DNA from: an uncultured Methylophaga sp. | Lineage (GTDB): Bacteria; Pseudomonadota; Gammaproteobacteria; Nitrosococcales; Methylophagaceae | DNA: 64,000 nt | Assembly: GCA_963975785.1 (NCBI GenBank) | Contig: CAXBIM010000006.1 | Location: 7,448-71,447, forward strand | Reading direction: 5' to 3' | Part shown: positions 54,183-64,000 of the stretch, in pieces | How the letters are laid out: each line of letters opens with the position of its first letter | Position numbering within the stretch: position 1 is the first letter of the stretch | Program-made: the position numbers and the translations under genes | Notes under the pieces: generated by a model | Told to the model about the DNA's origin: nothing | Databases searched by the model: none | The model's input: only the letters and a program-made list of their open reading frames with translations

Positions 54183-54245
54183 TATCAATGAGTTTTATCG
54201 TGTACAAGTGGTGGGGGAGGGCCCTAGGTATCATTAACCTAGGCT

Positions 54246-54305
54246 GTTAAATGAATGACCGCTGTTGGCCACATTAGCGACAAATAGTTTCAATGTCAGA
54301 CCCTA
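54246..54305 (+). repeat. intergenic repeat family copy D
   Basis: GTTAAATGAATGACCGcTGTTGGCcaCAttAGCGAcaaATAGTTtCAAtGTCagacc. Confidence 0.6.
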
Positions 54306-54559
54306 GATCTAAAAGCTCGTAGACCTTAAGTATAGTGATTTTCGAGATTTGTTATTAACTAAGTGATTAAAAATAAAAGGTGCAGGTTATTCGTAATTAA
54401 CGAAAGCTGAGTGAAGGTCTGTCATGGTATGAGCCAATCAAGTAATACTGTAGAAGATAAGTAGAGTAGCAAGTAGTTAAATATAATTCTAAGCGTGCAG
54501 CCGCTGACATTTTTCTTACCCCAAATACTATAAGTTAGACGTTCTACGTTCAGTTTTGT

Positions 54560-54922
54560 TTATGTGATTCTCTTGCAGAGTAGTTGATGTACTTTGAGTA
54601 GAGGTTGGGTTAGATATTCGATCATTTCCATCACGATGGTCATCATGATACAGGTAAGAACAAAAAACTTTTTATTGCTCCCATCCAAAGGTAAAGATGG
54701 AACGTCACCAGTGAGAAATCGTTGACCTTTTATTTGTTTAAATTGTTCGCATGGGACAGCACAAGGTCTGACTGAAACAGAGTGGTAAGGCATTGGTTTT
54801 TTTGGGGGCGTTGTCGAGCCTCTTCTTTTGGGTATTGGCTGATCAACGTCTACATGAGATTTTTTAATAAAAACCCAAAAAACAATTACTAATAATATAA
54901 TAAATAGTAGAACTGGGATCAT
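54560..54922 (-). CDS. hypothetical protein with N-terminal TM segment
   Basis: 120-aa ORF supported only by its N-terminal hydrophobic helix. I recognise no family. Confidence 0.3.
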   Translation of the reverse strand: MIPVLLFIILLVIVFWVFIKKSHVDVDQPIPKRRGSTTPPKKPMPYHSVSVRPCAVPCEQFKQIKGQRFLTGDVPSLPLDGSNKKFFVLTCIMMTIVMEMIEYLTQPLLKVHQLLCKRIT

Positions 54923-55223
54923 TATGTGAATCTTATAAAATGAGGTGGATTTACATCATAACGTAATAAACTTGGGCACATTTCCCTCTCTATTTGATGA
55001 AAAATTGGGCCCAAGGAATGAAAGGCTAAAAGGGATCGTTCCTGTAGACAAATGGTCAAACTACAAAGAAAGTAAACTTGTCATAATATAGAAGCAGAAT
55101 CAAGAAAAATAAAAGGTAACTAGCCCAAATATAACAGTAGTATTTGATCTTGGAGCAAAAATTATGACAAGCAAAACAGTTCAAACCTGCCAGCCGAACC
55201 AAGCACAGGTTTAATTTATTATT

Positions 55224-55607
55224 ATGACTACCATTAGCAACGTTGCCAAAGAGCTCAGAATCAATGTTGAAACTGTGCGTTTCTATGAGCGGAAGGGATT
55301 AATTCAGCAGCCACCGAAACCTGAAGTCGGTTACAGGCATTATCCTAAAAATACTATCGACCGTATTAGCTTTATTAAGCGCTCTCAAGGCTTGGGCTTT
55401 ACCTTAGATGAGATTGCAAATCTGCTGACCCTGAACGATGAACCGTGTCATCAGGTACAAGAATTAGCCCAGCATAAACTTTTATCAGTCCAAAAAAAGT
55501 TATCAGATTTACAGCTGTTAGAAAAGACACTGCAAAGCCTTGTAAACCAATGCGAGCATAATCAAGATGTCTTACATTGCCCAATCATCGACTCACTGCA
55601 ATTATAA
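55224..55607 (+). CDS. merR: Hg(II)-responsive MerR regulator
   Basis: MerR HTH (ISNVAKELRINVETVRFYERKGL) plus the three-Cys pattern: one Cys in EPCHQ, then C-x8-CP (CEHNQDVLHCP). Confidence 0.85.
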   Translation: MTTISNVAKELRINVETVRFYERKGLIQQPPKPEVGYRHYPKNTIDRISFIKRSQGLGFTLDEIANLLTLNDEPCHQVQELAQHKLLSVQKKLSDLQLLEKTLQSLVNQCEHNQDVLHCPIIDSLQL

Positions 55608-55615
55608 AATAAATC

Positions 55616-55647
55616 TTGACTCCGTATATCAGTACGGAGTTTAAGCT
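55616..55647 (+). promoter_or_regulatory. mer operator/promoter
   Basis: TTGACT-ccgtatatcagtacgga-gtt-TAAGCT. The dyad is TCCGTA-N6-TACGGA, with an over-long 19-20 bp spacer, closely resembling the Tn501/Tn21 merOP. Confidence 0.85.
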
Positions 55648-55679
55648 GACCTCCATACGATAAATATGGAGTGTTAAGC

Positions 55680-56102
55680 ATGAAAAATCCAGTTACTATT
55701 ATTGCCCGTATTGGCGATAAAGCCAGCACGTTAGGTGCCGTTACCGCAACAATGGGCTGCGCAATGTGTTTTCCAGCTATTGCAAGTCTAGGCGCGGCTT
55801 TCGGTATGGGATTTTTAAGTCAGTGGGAGTGGGTGTTTATTGAAACTATTTTACCCTTCTTTGTTACTCTCGCACTGTTCGCAAACGCGTTAGGTTGGTT
55901 TAGTCATAGGCAATGGCACCGTAGCCTGCTGGGCGTGATTGGACCCATCTTAGTATTGGTATCCTTGTATCCTTTATTTCCGTACGCATGGAGTGCTTAT
56001 GTAACCTATCTAGGCTTGGCTATTATGATAATTGTTTCTATTTGGGACTTGCTTTATCCAGCAAATAAAATATGTGATGTATCAACTGGGATTAAACCAT
56101 GA
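55680..56102 (+). CDS. merC: mercury transporter MerC
   Basis: I prefer the Met at 55680 (a ggag lies 8 nt upstream). GCAMCFPA..FLSQWE..ANALGWFSHRQWHRSLLG closely parallels Tn21 MerC. Confidence 0.88.
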   Translation: MKNPVTIIARIGDKASTLGAVTATMGCAMCFPAIASLGAAFGMGFLSQWEWVFIETILPFFVTLALFANALGWFSHRQWHRSLLGVIGPILVLVSLYPLFPYAWSAYVTYLGLAIMIIVSIWDLLYPANKICDVSTGIKP

Positions 56103-56353
56103 ACGAACATACAACATCAGACATGTCTTTAATTATGCAATCCACAATTACTTGCCCTGAATGTGGACATGCTGAAAATGAATTTATGCCTACCGATGCG
56201 TGTCAATTTTTTTATGAGTGCAAATCGTGTGGTGCCTTGTTGAGGCCAAATCAAGGAGACTGTTGCGTTTACTGCTCTTTTGGTTCGGTCTCTTGTCCAC
56301 CAATGCAAGTAGCAGAGCATGGTAAGACTGCTTCGAAAGACTGTTGTGACTGA
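56099..56353 (+). CDS. GDCCVxC-domain metal-binding protein
   Basis: CPECGH...CKSCG...GDCCVYCSFGSVSCPP. ATGA overlap with merC. Confidence 0.8.
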   Translation: MNEHTTSDMSLIMQSTITCPECGHAENEFMPTDACQFFYECKSCGALLRPNQGDCCVYCSFGSVSCPPMQVAEHGKTASKDCCD

Positions 56354-56702
56354 CTAAATCTACAATTAATATGTCTGAACGATTAACTTCCAACAAAAAT
56401 GTTCAAGTTAAGACTTATGCTTCTCAGATAATGAAGTATCAATTTGATTGAGCCTGATTTTTGGTGTTAGCTGATGTGTCTTAATGCTACTTTTGCCTAT
56501 TAAGCTTTGTATTTATTTTTGGTTAAATTTTAAGTACTTCTAATATTTAACATTTCTTTCCGTCGATATTTTCCTCTAAATCTCATAGATTAAAAACAAT
56601 AATGTTGTTGCATGACAGTAAATTTTGTTGCATAGTTGTAGGGGTTTACATACTAAATTAGTTTGCCTTTAATAATTAAAATTGAGCGGTAGAGAGAGCA
56701 AG

Positions 56703-58730
56703 ATGGAAGAGAACAAAATATCATTTTTGGCTAGCTTACAAGGACGTATTCTATTGTTCTTAGTTACTCCAACTATCTTAATCATATGTAGTATTGTCAC
56801 GATAACAGCGATAAATTCTTTTTCGTCGGCGAAGGCACAAGCCGAACTGGCTATTCAACAGGCAGCAACACTAACAGCACTGGAAATAGAACGACGAAAT
56901 GCCAATGCAATTCGGGCAGCTAAGATTATGTCCTTAGCCCAAGAAGAGGGCATGTTTGGTAATCGAGTAGCTTCCAGCAAGTTTGCTCGTCGTGTTTTAG
57001 CTGAGCATCCTGATTATACAGGGGCTTATTTTGGTTATGACATTAATGCTGATCAACAAGATGCCCAATATACTGGTGATATGTACAGTGGAAAAATATC
57101 CGACCAAGCTGGACGTTTTCTGCCGTATTGGTATCGCGATGGAAACTCTATTGCTCTTGCGCCTTTGACTCTAATGGAAACAGGCCTGTATTACGATGGG
57201 CTTAGAAAACGTTATGATTTGAATAATGAAGCTCAAGGCTTGGTCACAGAACCTTATCTGTATGACGGTAAAATGCTTGTTGAGCAAACTTATCCAATTA
57301 CAAAAAATGGAAAATTTATCGGTATTGCCGGCGTTGATAGATCTTTAAACGATTTGATCCAATTACTTGAGTCAATTAAGCAAGATACCGGTCGTGATTT
57401 GTTCTTAATTAGCCGAGAAGGTAAATTTATTGCATCCACGGTCGCCAGCGATGAATTAACGACTAAGGAGGTTGCGTCTAGTGTATATTCTGAAATATTT
57501 AAACCTTTAGAAAGCAAGCAGAAAAGTAGATTGCAACGAACACTAGATCCTATAGATAGTCATGATTATTACTTTGTCAGCCATGCGATTGAAACAGGTG
57601 AATGGGTTTTAGTACTTCGTCAATCCGAACATGATGTAATGGCCCCCCTGCTTGTGGAATTGCGTAATACACTTATCGTTGCTGGCTTTGGTATTTTTGT
57701 AATCATCGTTCTATCTATTAGGTTCGCTCGTTCTACAAGTCGTCGAATTCAGCACATCATGCACAAGGCTGATCTCATCGCTCAAGGTGATACGAGTAAG
57801 CAGTCAAAATTACCAAGCAAGATTCATGATGAAATTGCTGTGCTGGATATCAGTTTAGACAAAGTACTCCAATCTTATGATGAAATATCAACGGCATGTG
57901 GAGCTATCGCTGAAGGCGACTTTAGCAAGAAAATGAACAAGCGAAGCGCTAGCGATACGGTGATGACGTCAATTAACCTTATGGCACAAAAACGTCAAGA
58001 AATTGAAGCGTTACTAAAAGACCGTAACGCCCGTATTATTGATAGTACACACACGCAAAATAATGACCTTGACCTTGTCGCTACCGCCATGACTCAAATG
58101 TCAGCGGCGACCAGAGAAGTGTCTTCATTGGCAGCAAGCTCTGCACAAAATGCCCAGCAAGCCGTTAGTTCAATAGATAAGACTAAATCTGAGCTGATAA
58201 CTGCAGTTAATGAGGTGAAGTTACAATCGACAGATATTTCTTCTGCCAGTAATGCGATCACAAAAGTGTTCGAGAGCAGCAATAATATTAGCGGTATTGT
58301 CGAAGTGATTAACATGATTGCAGAGCAAACTAATTTGTTGGCATTAAATGCGGCAATTGAAGCAGCACGAGCAGGAGAGCAAGGCCGTGGTTTTGCTGTT
58401 GTAGCGGATGAAGTACGGAGCTTGGCTTCAAAAACACGTGATTCGACTCAAGAAATTAGCAGTTTAATTGCTCAATTACAAAACCAGGTCGAAGAAACGG
58501 TAAGCACGGTCGGTCAAAGTGAGCAACGTAGTCAGTATGTGGTTGATAAAAGTGAAGTTGCTCTCAATTCGTTAGCTAATGTCGCAGACTTAATCAGTAA
58601 GATAAGTAGTAGCATGACCCAAGTTGCTGCAGCTGTTGAAGAGCAAAGCTGCACCACGGCTGAAATGACGAGTAATATTTCCTCTGTGAGTAATGCCGCA
58701 ACTGCTCTGGCAAGTTTTACTGCACAATAA
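56703..58730 (+). CDS. methyl-accepting chemotaxis protein with periplasmic Cache-like sensor
   Basis: I prefer the Met at 56703. It has 2 TM segments, a HAMP-like region, and the conserved signalling hairpin [35 protein letters not shown]. Confidence 0.9.
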   Translation: MEENKISFLASLQGRILLFLVTPTILIICSIVTITAINSFSSAKAQAELAIQQAATLTALEIERRNANAIRAAKIMSLAQEEGMFGNRVASSKFARRVLAEHPDYTGAYFGYDINADQQDAQYTGDMYSGKISDQAGRFLPYWYRDGNSIALAPLTLMETGLYYDGLRKRYDLNNEAQGLVTEPYLYDGKMLVEQTYPITKNGKFIGIAGVDRSLNDLIQLLESIKQDTGRDLFLISREGKFIASTVASDELTTKEVASSVYSEIFKPLESKQKSRLQRTLDPIDSHDYYFVSHAIETGEWVLVLRQSEHDVMAPLLVELRNTLIVAGFGIFVIIVLSIRFARSTSRRIQHIMHKADLIAQGDTSKQSKLPSKIHDEIAVLDISLDKVLQSYDEISTACGAIAEGDFSKKMNKRSASDTVMTSINLMAQKRQEIEALLKDRNARIIDSTHTQNNDLDLVATAMTQMSAATREVSSLAASSAQNAQQAVSSIDKTKSELITAVNEVKLQSTDISSASNAITKVFESSNNISGIVEVINMIAEQTNLLALNAAIEAARAGEQGRGFAVVADEVRSLASKTRDSTQEISSLIAQLQNQVEETVSTVGQSEQRSQYVVDKSEVALNSLANVADLISKISSSMTQVAAAVEEQSCTTAEMTSNISSVSNAATALASFTAQ

Positions 58731-59076
58731 AGGCAAAGAATATAAAGCCATAGTGTTAGTCTCTATACTTCATTTATAAATGAGTATTGAGCAAGCATAG
58801 TTGAGCATGAATTATCTCTAGGATGGAATCATATCCTACTAAGTGATGTTCGGGAGCGAGTATGCACGGTACGCTAGATCAAGATTTTTTTAGAGTCCAT
58901 ACAGCCATTGACTCGAGATATGAATAAGGACTGTACTTGCGTGCATATCAATCTATAAGTCTAAACGGTGAAATTAACTAATCATATTGATTTTATTAAT
59001 AAAAAAGTATAAGTTAGAGTAGCCTTAATACGGTAGTTATTAACATTCTTGTTAATATTTTTTAAGGGGGAAGCTT

Positions 59077-59670
59077 ATGTATTCTCGTCATAAAAAACAT
59101 TTTTTTGGTTTGTTCTCCGTTCCACGAGTCGAGTGGAAATCTATCAGCGAGGAGAAAACTGATCTGACTCAATTCGGTCTCACACGATTAATCTTTTTTG
59201 CCGCAGTGCCTGCCGTCTCATTTCTTATAGGGCTTAGTCAGGTTGGCTGGAGTTTATCGGGCACAGATTTTAATAAAGTAGCAATGAATTATGCCTTTCT
59301 TATGGCAGTGGCTTTCTATGTACTTATCGCCGTTGCAACATTATTAATGGCTTATTTTACCTTTGCAATGGAAAGAGCTTTTGGAACGGAAGCCAGTTTT
59401 GAACGTTGTCTCATCTTTGTAACTTATACGGCTACACCTATGTATATGGCAGGATTAGTTGGCTTATTACCGATTGTATGGTTATGTATGATAGTGCTGA
59501 TGGCGGCGGTATTCTATAGCTTATATTTATTATATGTAGGTATACCTATCTATATGAATATACCTGAAGGTAAAGGTTTTATTGTCGCTACATCGATAAT
59601 TTCAGCAGGACTATGCATGATGGTTTGCTTTAATGTCGCTACGGTGATTATCTGGAGTATGGTCGTCTAG
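59077..59670 (+). CDS. Yip1-like polytopic membrane protein
   Basis: 197 aa with about 5 TM segments and Yip1-type topology. Confidence 0.6.
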   Translation: MYSRHKKHFFGLFSVPRVEWKSISEEKTDLTQFGLTRLIFFAAVPAVSFLIGLSQVGWSLSGTDFNKVAMNYAFLMAVAFYVLIAVATLLMAYFTFAMERAFGTEASFERCLIFVTYTATPMYMAGLVGLLPIVWLCMIVLMAAVFYSLYLLYVGIPIYMNIPEGKGFIVATSIISAGLCMMVCFNVATVIIWSMVV

Positions 59671-59735
59671 CTACGCGTTTGCATGGGCTTGATGAAAATA
59701 TTTTATATTACGATGTTGTTTGTCACACACCAGTG

Positions 59736-60038
59736 TTAACTGACTGGAAAGTGGTCTGCGCGTAAAATTTGTAATTTATTTTCATGAGCAAAGTCAGTGA
59801 GAAATTCAAAGAGCATTTCATCTTCTTCTTCGAGAGATGCATCAATCACGACACATTTAATGCCTTCCATTGCCGCTAATTTTACGTTGGGATGAAAGAT
59901 AATTCGTCGCCCAGGACCATAGCTTGCCACCGCACCACATAGGCGCTCAGCCCAATCACTGGGACGGAACGTACCACCGCTCTCAGTAATGCCTTGGATA
60001 ATGACTTTGCCAGAAATACTCATGGTGGGCGTGCTCAT
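59736..60038 (-). CDS. conserved hypothetical small protein
   Basis: 100-aa ORF downstream of mfd on the same strand. The family is not confidently recognised. Confidence 0.55.
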   Translation of the reverse strand: MSTPTMSISGKVIIQGITESGGTFRPSDWAERLCGAVASYGPGRRIIFHPNVKLAAMEGIKCVVIDASLEEEDEMLFEFLTDFAHENKLQILRADHFPVS

Positions 60039-60090
60039 CTCAGTCTAAATTAGGGTGTATTGTACTGTATAAAGGCTTCACTATCATAGC

Positions 60091-63000
60091 TTATAGCTGG
60101 TGGGCTGGGGCAAGTAGGTCAAGTAAAGTATTTAAAGCTATCAGTCGACTATCTGCATCTGGCATATTTTCTATAAAGCGCAATTTATCTTGACCATCGA
60201 GTTTATATTTTGCCGCTTGTGTTTGAATTAATTGAATAATCACAATGGGTTCAATATTAGGTGTTTTGTCAAAGATTATACGACCACCTTGATCGTAAAC
60301 ATCAATTTTACGAATGCCGATCGCTTTGGCTTTGAAACGTAGTTCATGAATGGCAAATAAGGTATTAACTTGTTCCGGCAATAGACCAAAACGATCAATC
60401 ATCTCAACTTGTAATTCGCGCAATGCCTCATTATCCGTGGCCGCTGAAATACGTTTATACAAGACAAGTCGGCTGTGAACATCAGGTAGATAATCACTTG
60501 GAATTAGCGCCGGTACATGTAAGTCGATTTCTATAAAGTGACGATCGGTTAGATTTAGACTTGGATCTTGGCCTGATTTCAGTGCTTTAACCGCACGTTC
60601 TAACAGTTCATTATATAAACCAAAGCCGATTTCCTGCATTTGACCACTTTGATCGTCACCTAATAACTCGCCTGCACCGCGAATTTCCATGTCATGAGTT
60701 GCCAGTGTGAAGCCGGCACCTAAGTCTTCGAGGGATTCAATCGCCTCAAGTCGTTTAATGGCATCTTTAGTCATCGCATTTTGTGGCGGCACAATCAGGT
60801 AGGCATAAGCACGATGATGGGAACGACCTACGCGTCCACGAATTTGATAAAGTTGAGCAAGCCCTAACTTATCAGCGCGGTCTATGAAGATGGTGTTGGC
60901 AGATGGAATATCGATACCAGTTTCAATAATAGTGGTGCAGACCAGCACATTAAAACGTTGATGGTAAAAGTCGAGCATGACTTGTTCCAACTCACGTTCA
61001 CGCATTTGACCATGAGCGACGGTCACTTTAGCTTCAGGCACAAGTAATTCAATATCGCGTGCCACGCGGTCAATATCATCCACTTTATTGTGCAAGAAAT
61101 AGACTTGGCCACCCCGTTTAATTTCACGCAACATGCCTTCACGAATGTTATCTGGCTTCCACTCTTGTACAAAGGTTTTAATGGCGAGCCGACGTGCTGG
61201 CGGTGTGGCGATAATGGATAAGTCACGAATACCCGAAATTGACATATTTAAAGTGCGAGGTATAGGGGTAGCCGTTAGAGTGAGAATATCAATTTCACTG
61301 CGATACTTTTTGATCTGTTCTTTTTGAGTCACACCAAAGCGATGTTCTTCATCTAAAATAAATAGGCCTAGACGTTTAGGATCAATGTCTTGCTGCAACA
61401 GTTTATGTGTGCCGATAATAATGTCGGCCGTGCCATCACTCATGGATGATTTAACGGTATCGAGTTGTTTTTTTGACCTAAACCGTGACATTACTTCAAC
61501 GTGAACAGGCCAGTCGGCAAAGCGATCTTTGAAGTTTTCGTAATGTTGCTGGGCCAATAATGTCGTAGGCACTAATACCATAACTTGCTTGCCAGATTGA
61601 GTGGCGAGGAAGGCAGCGCGCATGGCGACTTCTGTTTTACCAAAGCCTACATCACCACAAACAAGACGATCCATCGGTTTATCTGATGTCATATCTTTGA
61701 TGACATCATCAATAGCATCTTGTTGATCGGGTGTAGTTTCGAAAGGAAAAGCAGCCGTAAATGCTGCGTATTGTTCATCAGGATCATCCATGGGCGGTTT
61801 TTTATGGGCAGCTCGTTGAGCATAAATGTCGAGTAATTCTGCGGCGACATCTCGCACTTTTTCAGAGGCTTTACGTTTCGCTTTTTCCCATTGTCCTGAA
61901 CCTAGTTTATGGAGTGGGGCAAGCTCAGGGGCTGCGCCAGAATAACGACTGATTAAATCTAATGCGGCGACAGGTACATAGAGCTTGTCGCCTTTAGCAT
62001 ATTCAAGGCTTACATATTCGGTATGAATATCACCGATATCTAAGGTTTGTAGACCAAGGTAGCGGCCTACCCCATGATCTTCATGGACAACGGCATCACC
62101 GATATTTAGTTCTGCCAGATTGCGAATAACAGCATCGGCATCACGCTTTTTACGACTTCGGCGGCGGCGTTGCATGACCTGTTGACCAAATAACTGCGGT
62201 TCAGCAATAAGCGCAATATTATTGTGCTGTAAAATAAGGCCATGTTCGAGTGGGGCAACGGTGATACCTAATGGCGCATCACCTTGAAGAAAGTCATCCC
62301 AGTTTTTATATTTTTGTGGCTGTATCGCATTCTCGTGTAATAAAGACAACAAGGTTTCACGACGACCTGCTGTTTCAGCAGCGAATAAAATACGACCATC
62401 GAAGTTATTAATAAACTGAATTAGGGCATCACAAGGATGATCATGACGGGCATTTAAGGTGAGCTGCGGTGGGATGGCGGTGTTGTAGTTATGCGTACCT
62501 TGCTTTGATTCAAGCTCAAAAGTTTGGATGTTAAGACGTTGGTAGTTTTTAAAGCGGGCAAACAATTCTTCAACGGGAAAAAACATTTCATTGGGAGCGA
62601 GTAAGGGGCGCTCTTTATCAACATGGTGCTGTTGGTAACGTTGGTTTATTTCTTGCCAAAAGGATGCCGCTGCATGATGGGGATCATTGATATTGAAAAG
62701 TAGCGTGTCACTCGGTAAATAATCGATTAAACCCTGTGTTTTTTCAAAAAATAATGGCAAATAATATTCGATACCGCCAGGCATATTGCCTTCAGTCACT
62801 TCACGATAGATAAAACTACGCTGCGGATCCCCTTCAAAATGGCGGCGAAATTGTTGGCGAAAAAGTTGAATACTGTCATCGGTTACCGGGAATTCGCGTG
62901 CCGGTAATAATTGGATAGTATTAATCGTATCGATAGAACGCTGTGTTTCTGGATCGAATGTTCTTAAAGTATCGATCTCGTCATCAAACAAATCGATGCG

Positions 63001-63564
63001 ATAGGGATGCTTACTACCCATAGGGAATAGATCGATAATTGCCCCACGCACGGCAAACTCACCGTGTTCCATTACTTGGGAAACGTAACGATATCCCGCT
63101 TTCTCTAGCTTAAGGCGCCAGGACTCAATATCAAACTGATCGCCTGTAGAAACCATTAAGGTATTGCCAGCTAAAAAGTCACGTGGCGCGATGCGGTGCA
63201 TTAATGTGGCGATGGGCACCAATAAAATACCCCGTTTAAAATCGGGTAGTTTATGTAAGGCTTCTAAGCGCTCAGAGATAATATCTTGATGCGGTGAGAA
63301 CGTGTCGTAAGGTAGGGTTTCCCAATCGGGAAAATGAATAATTGGTAAGGGGTTTTCGCCGAAATAAAACTTGGCTTCCAACTCTAAACGATGGGCTGTC
63401 GCTGTATCGTCGGTTAATACTAAAATAGGCCCTGAATGCTGCTGTGCCGTTTTAGCCAATAACAAGCCTTGTGAACTACCATAAAGCTGTCCTGCTTGAA
63501 ACAAGTCGCTGGAGCGAGTTGGCAATTGTGGTGCGAGCGGATTTGATAATTCTGATAAGGCCAT
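60091..63564 (-). CDS. mfd: transcription-repair coupling factor
   Basis: UvrB-homology N-terminus, RNAP-interacting domain, and superfamily 2 helicase motifs (GDVGFGKTEVA, DEEHRFG, TATPIPRT, QLYQIRGRVGRS). I prefer the Met at 63564 (MALSEL..). Confidence 0.95.
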   Translation of the reverse strand: MALSELSNPLAPQLPTRSSDLFQAGQLYGSSQGLLLAKTAQQHSGPILVLTDDTATAHRLELEAKFYFGENPLPIIHFPDWETLPYDTFSPHQDIISERLEALHKLPDFKRGILLVPIATLMHRIAPRDFLAGNTLMVSTGDQFDIESWRLKLEKAGYRYVSQVMEHGEFAVRGAIIDLFPMGSKHPYRIDLFDDEIDTLRTFDPETQRSIDTINTIQLLPAREFPVTDDSIQLFRQQFRRHFEGDPQRSFIYREVTEGNMPGGIEYYLPLFFEKTQGLIDYLPSDTLLFNINDPHHAAASFWQEINQRYQQHHVDKERPLLAPNEMFFPVEELFARFKNYQRLNIQTFELESKQGTHNYNTAIPPQLTLNARHDHPCDALIQFINNFDGRILFAAETAGRRETLLSLLHENAIQPQKYKNWDDFLQGDAPLGITVAPLEHGLILQHNNIALIAEPQLFGQQVMQRRRRSRKKRDADAVIRNLAELNIGDAVVHEDHGVGRYLGLQTLDIGDIHTEYVSLEYAKGDKLYVPVAALDLISRYSGAAPELAPLHKLGSGQWEKAKRKASEKVRDVAAELLDIYAQRAAHKKPPMDDPDEQYAAFTAAFPFETTPDQQDAIDDVIKDMTSDKPMDRLVCGDVGFGKTEVAMRAAFLATQSGKQVMVLVPTTLLAQQHYENFKDRFADWPVHVEVMSRFRSKKQLDTVKSSMSDGTADIIIGTHKLLQQDIDPKRLGLFILDEEHRFGVTQKEQIKKYRSEIDILTLTATPIPRTLNMSISGIRDLSIIATPPARRLAIKTFVQEWKPDNIREGMLREIKRGGQVYFLHNKVDDIDRVARDIELLVPEAKVTVAHGQMRERELEQVMLDFYHQRFNVLVCTTIIETGIDIPSANTIFIDRADKLGLAQLYQIRGRVGRSHHRAYAYLIVPPQNAMTKDAIKRLEAIESLEDLGAGFTLATHDMEIRGAGELLGDDQSGQMQEIGFGLYNELLERAVKALKSGQDPSLNLTDRHFIEIDLHVPALIPSDYLPDVHSRLVLYKRISAATDNEALRELQVEMIDRFGLLPEQVNTLFAIHELRFKAKAIGIRKIDVYDQGGRIIFDKTPNIEPIVIIQLIQTQAAKYKLDGQDKLRFIENMPDADSRLIALNTLLDLLAPAHQL

Positions 63565-63888
63565 GTGATTGATATATTTTAGTATAGACGTGACATTTTC
63601 ACACAAATCATGATTGAAAACACAGCCAAGTCAGTTGTGAGTGATTGCAGGTCGCTATATCGAAGATCATCAAAAATAATTTTAGGTTTAACTAGCATTA
63701 TTGCGTGTAACTATAAATTAATCGATTAAGGTTTAAGAAGATTAAATTTATTAGGAAACTTGGCAAGTTAAGCGATGCCAATCGGAGTCTAAATTTAGGG
63801 AAATAGGGTGTCTAGACATAATATGTATTAACCCTTTTATATGTGTGATAATAATCCGTTATATTCATCGTTAAAGAAGGGATAAAGA

Positions 63889-64000
63889 ATGAGAAGAATT
63901 GAAAACGTTATCTTATTAAAGGTGATTGGTAGTTGTGAATTATTGGCTGCTTTGGCCATGTTTTGGTTCTTTTACGAGGATGTACCTGCATTAATTGGCG
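63889..64000 (+). CDS. hypothetical membrane protein (3' end outside window)
   Basis: ATG after a gggataaag stretch. MRRIENVILLKVIGSCELLAALAMFWFF.. is hydrophobic and runs off the window. Confidence 0.3.
   Translation, partial: MRRIENVILLKVIGSCELLAALAMFWFFYEDVPALIG

Noticed and set aside
10746-54305. Reading the intergenic repeat family as integron attC sites (gene cassettes)
   Set aside because: No intI integrase or attI is in the window. The ends do not fit the RYYYAAC / GTTRRRY consensus well, and the copies are not arranged as a cassette array.
1-64000. CRISPR arrays, rRNA genes, IS transposases
   Set aside because: I looked for regularly spaced short repeats, rRNA-like conserved stretches and transposase ORFs with terminal inverted repeats, and found none.

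Overview
Visibly AT-rich gammaproteobacterial chromosome segment with marine Alteromonadales-like gene content. The core flanks are pheT (5' end outside the window)-ihfA-MerR-like-tRNA-Pro(GGG) on the left and mfd on the right. Between them lies a tandem array of integrative elements at the 3' end of tRNA-Pro. The tRNA 3' half occurs three times as a direct repeat (3145..3208, 12381..12444, 49965..50030), and each copy is followed by an integrase gene or an integrase remnant. Element 1 (about 9 kb) has an intact integrase, xis-like and XRE genes, two KfrA-like genes, a second recombinase, an HNH nuclease and a decayed nuclease-like gene. Element 2 (about 37.6 kb, integrase decayed) is a sulfur and organosulfur oxidation island. 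It carries soxH-like, soxCDXYZA-lipoprotein-rhodanese-soxB, and a minus-strand operon of mtoX-like methanethiol oxidase, fused SCO1-MauG, TlpA, persulfide dioxygenase-rhodanese, type II SQR and SulP. It also holds the most unusual cluster in the window. This is an AlkB/XylM-type membrane di-iron oxygenase with a XylA-type reductase, a small ferredoxin-like ORF missed by the track, a TodX/FadL channel, two truncated globins (one exported) and GST-fold paralogs. A divergent orphan NorQ/NorD pair sits next to it. Downstream come a nitronate monooxygenase, MetX-like and ACAD-fold genes, and a PAS kinase with a FixJ/TodT-like regulator. A TACGTA-centred palindromic box recurs in the promoter regions of these operons and suggests one regulon. 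Right of the third repeat are a methyltransferase, a PepSY-flanked two-component system, a merR-merC-GDCCVxC mini mer operon with a textbook MerR operator, an MCP, a Yip1-like protein and mfd. I saw no rRNA, CRISPR array or IS transposase.
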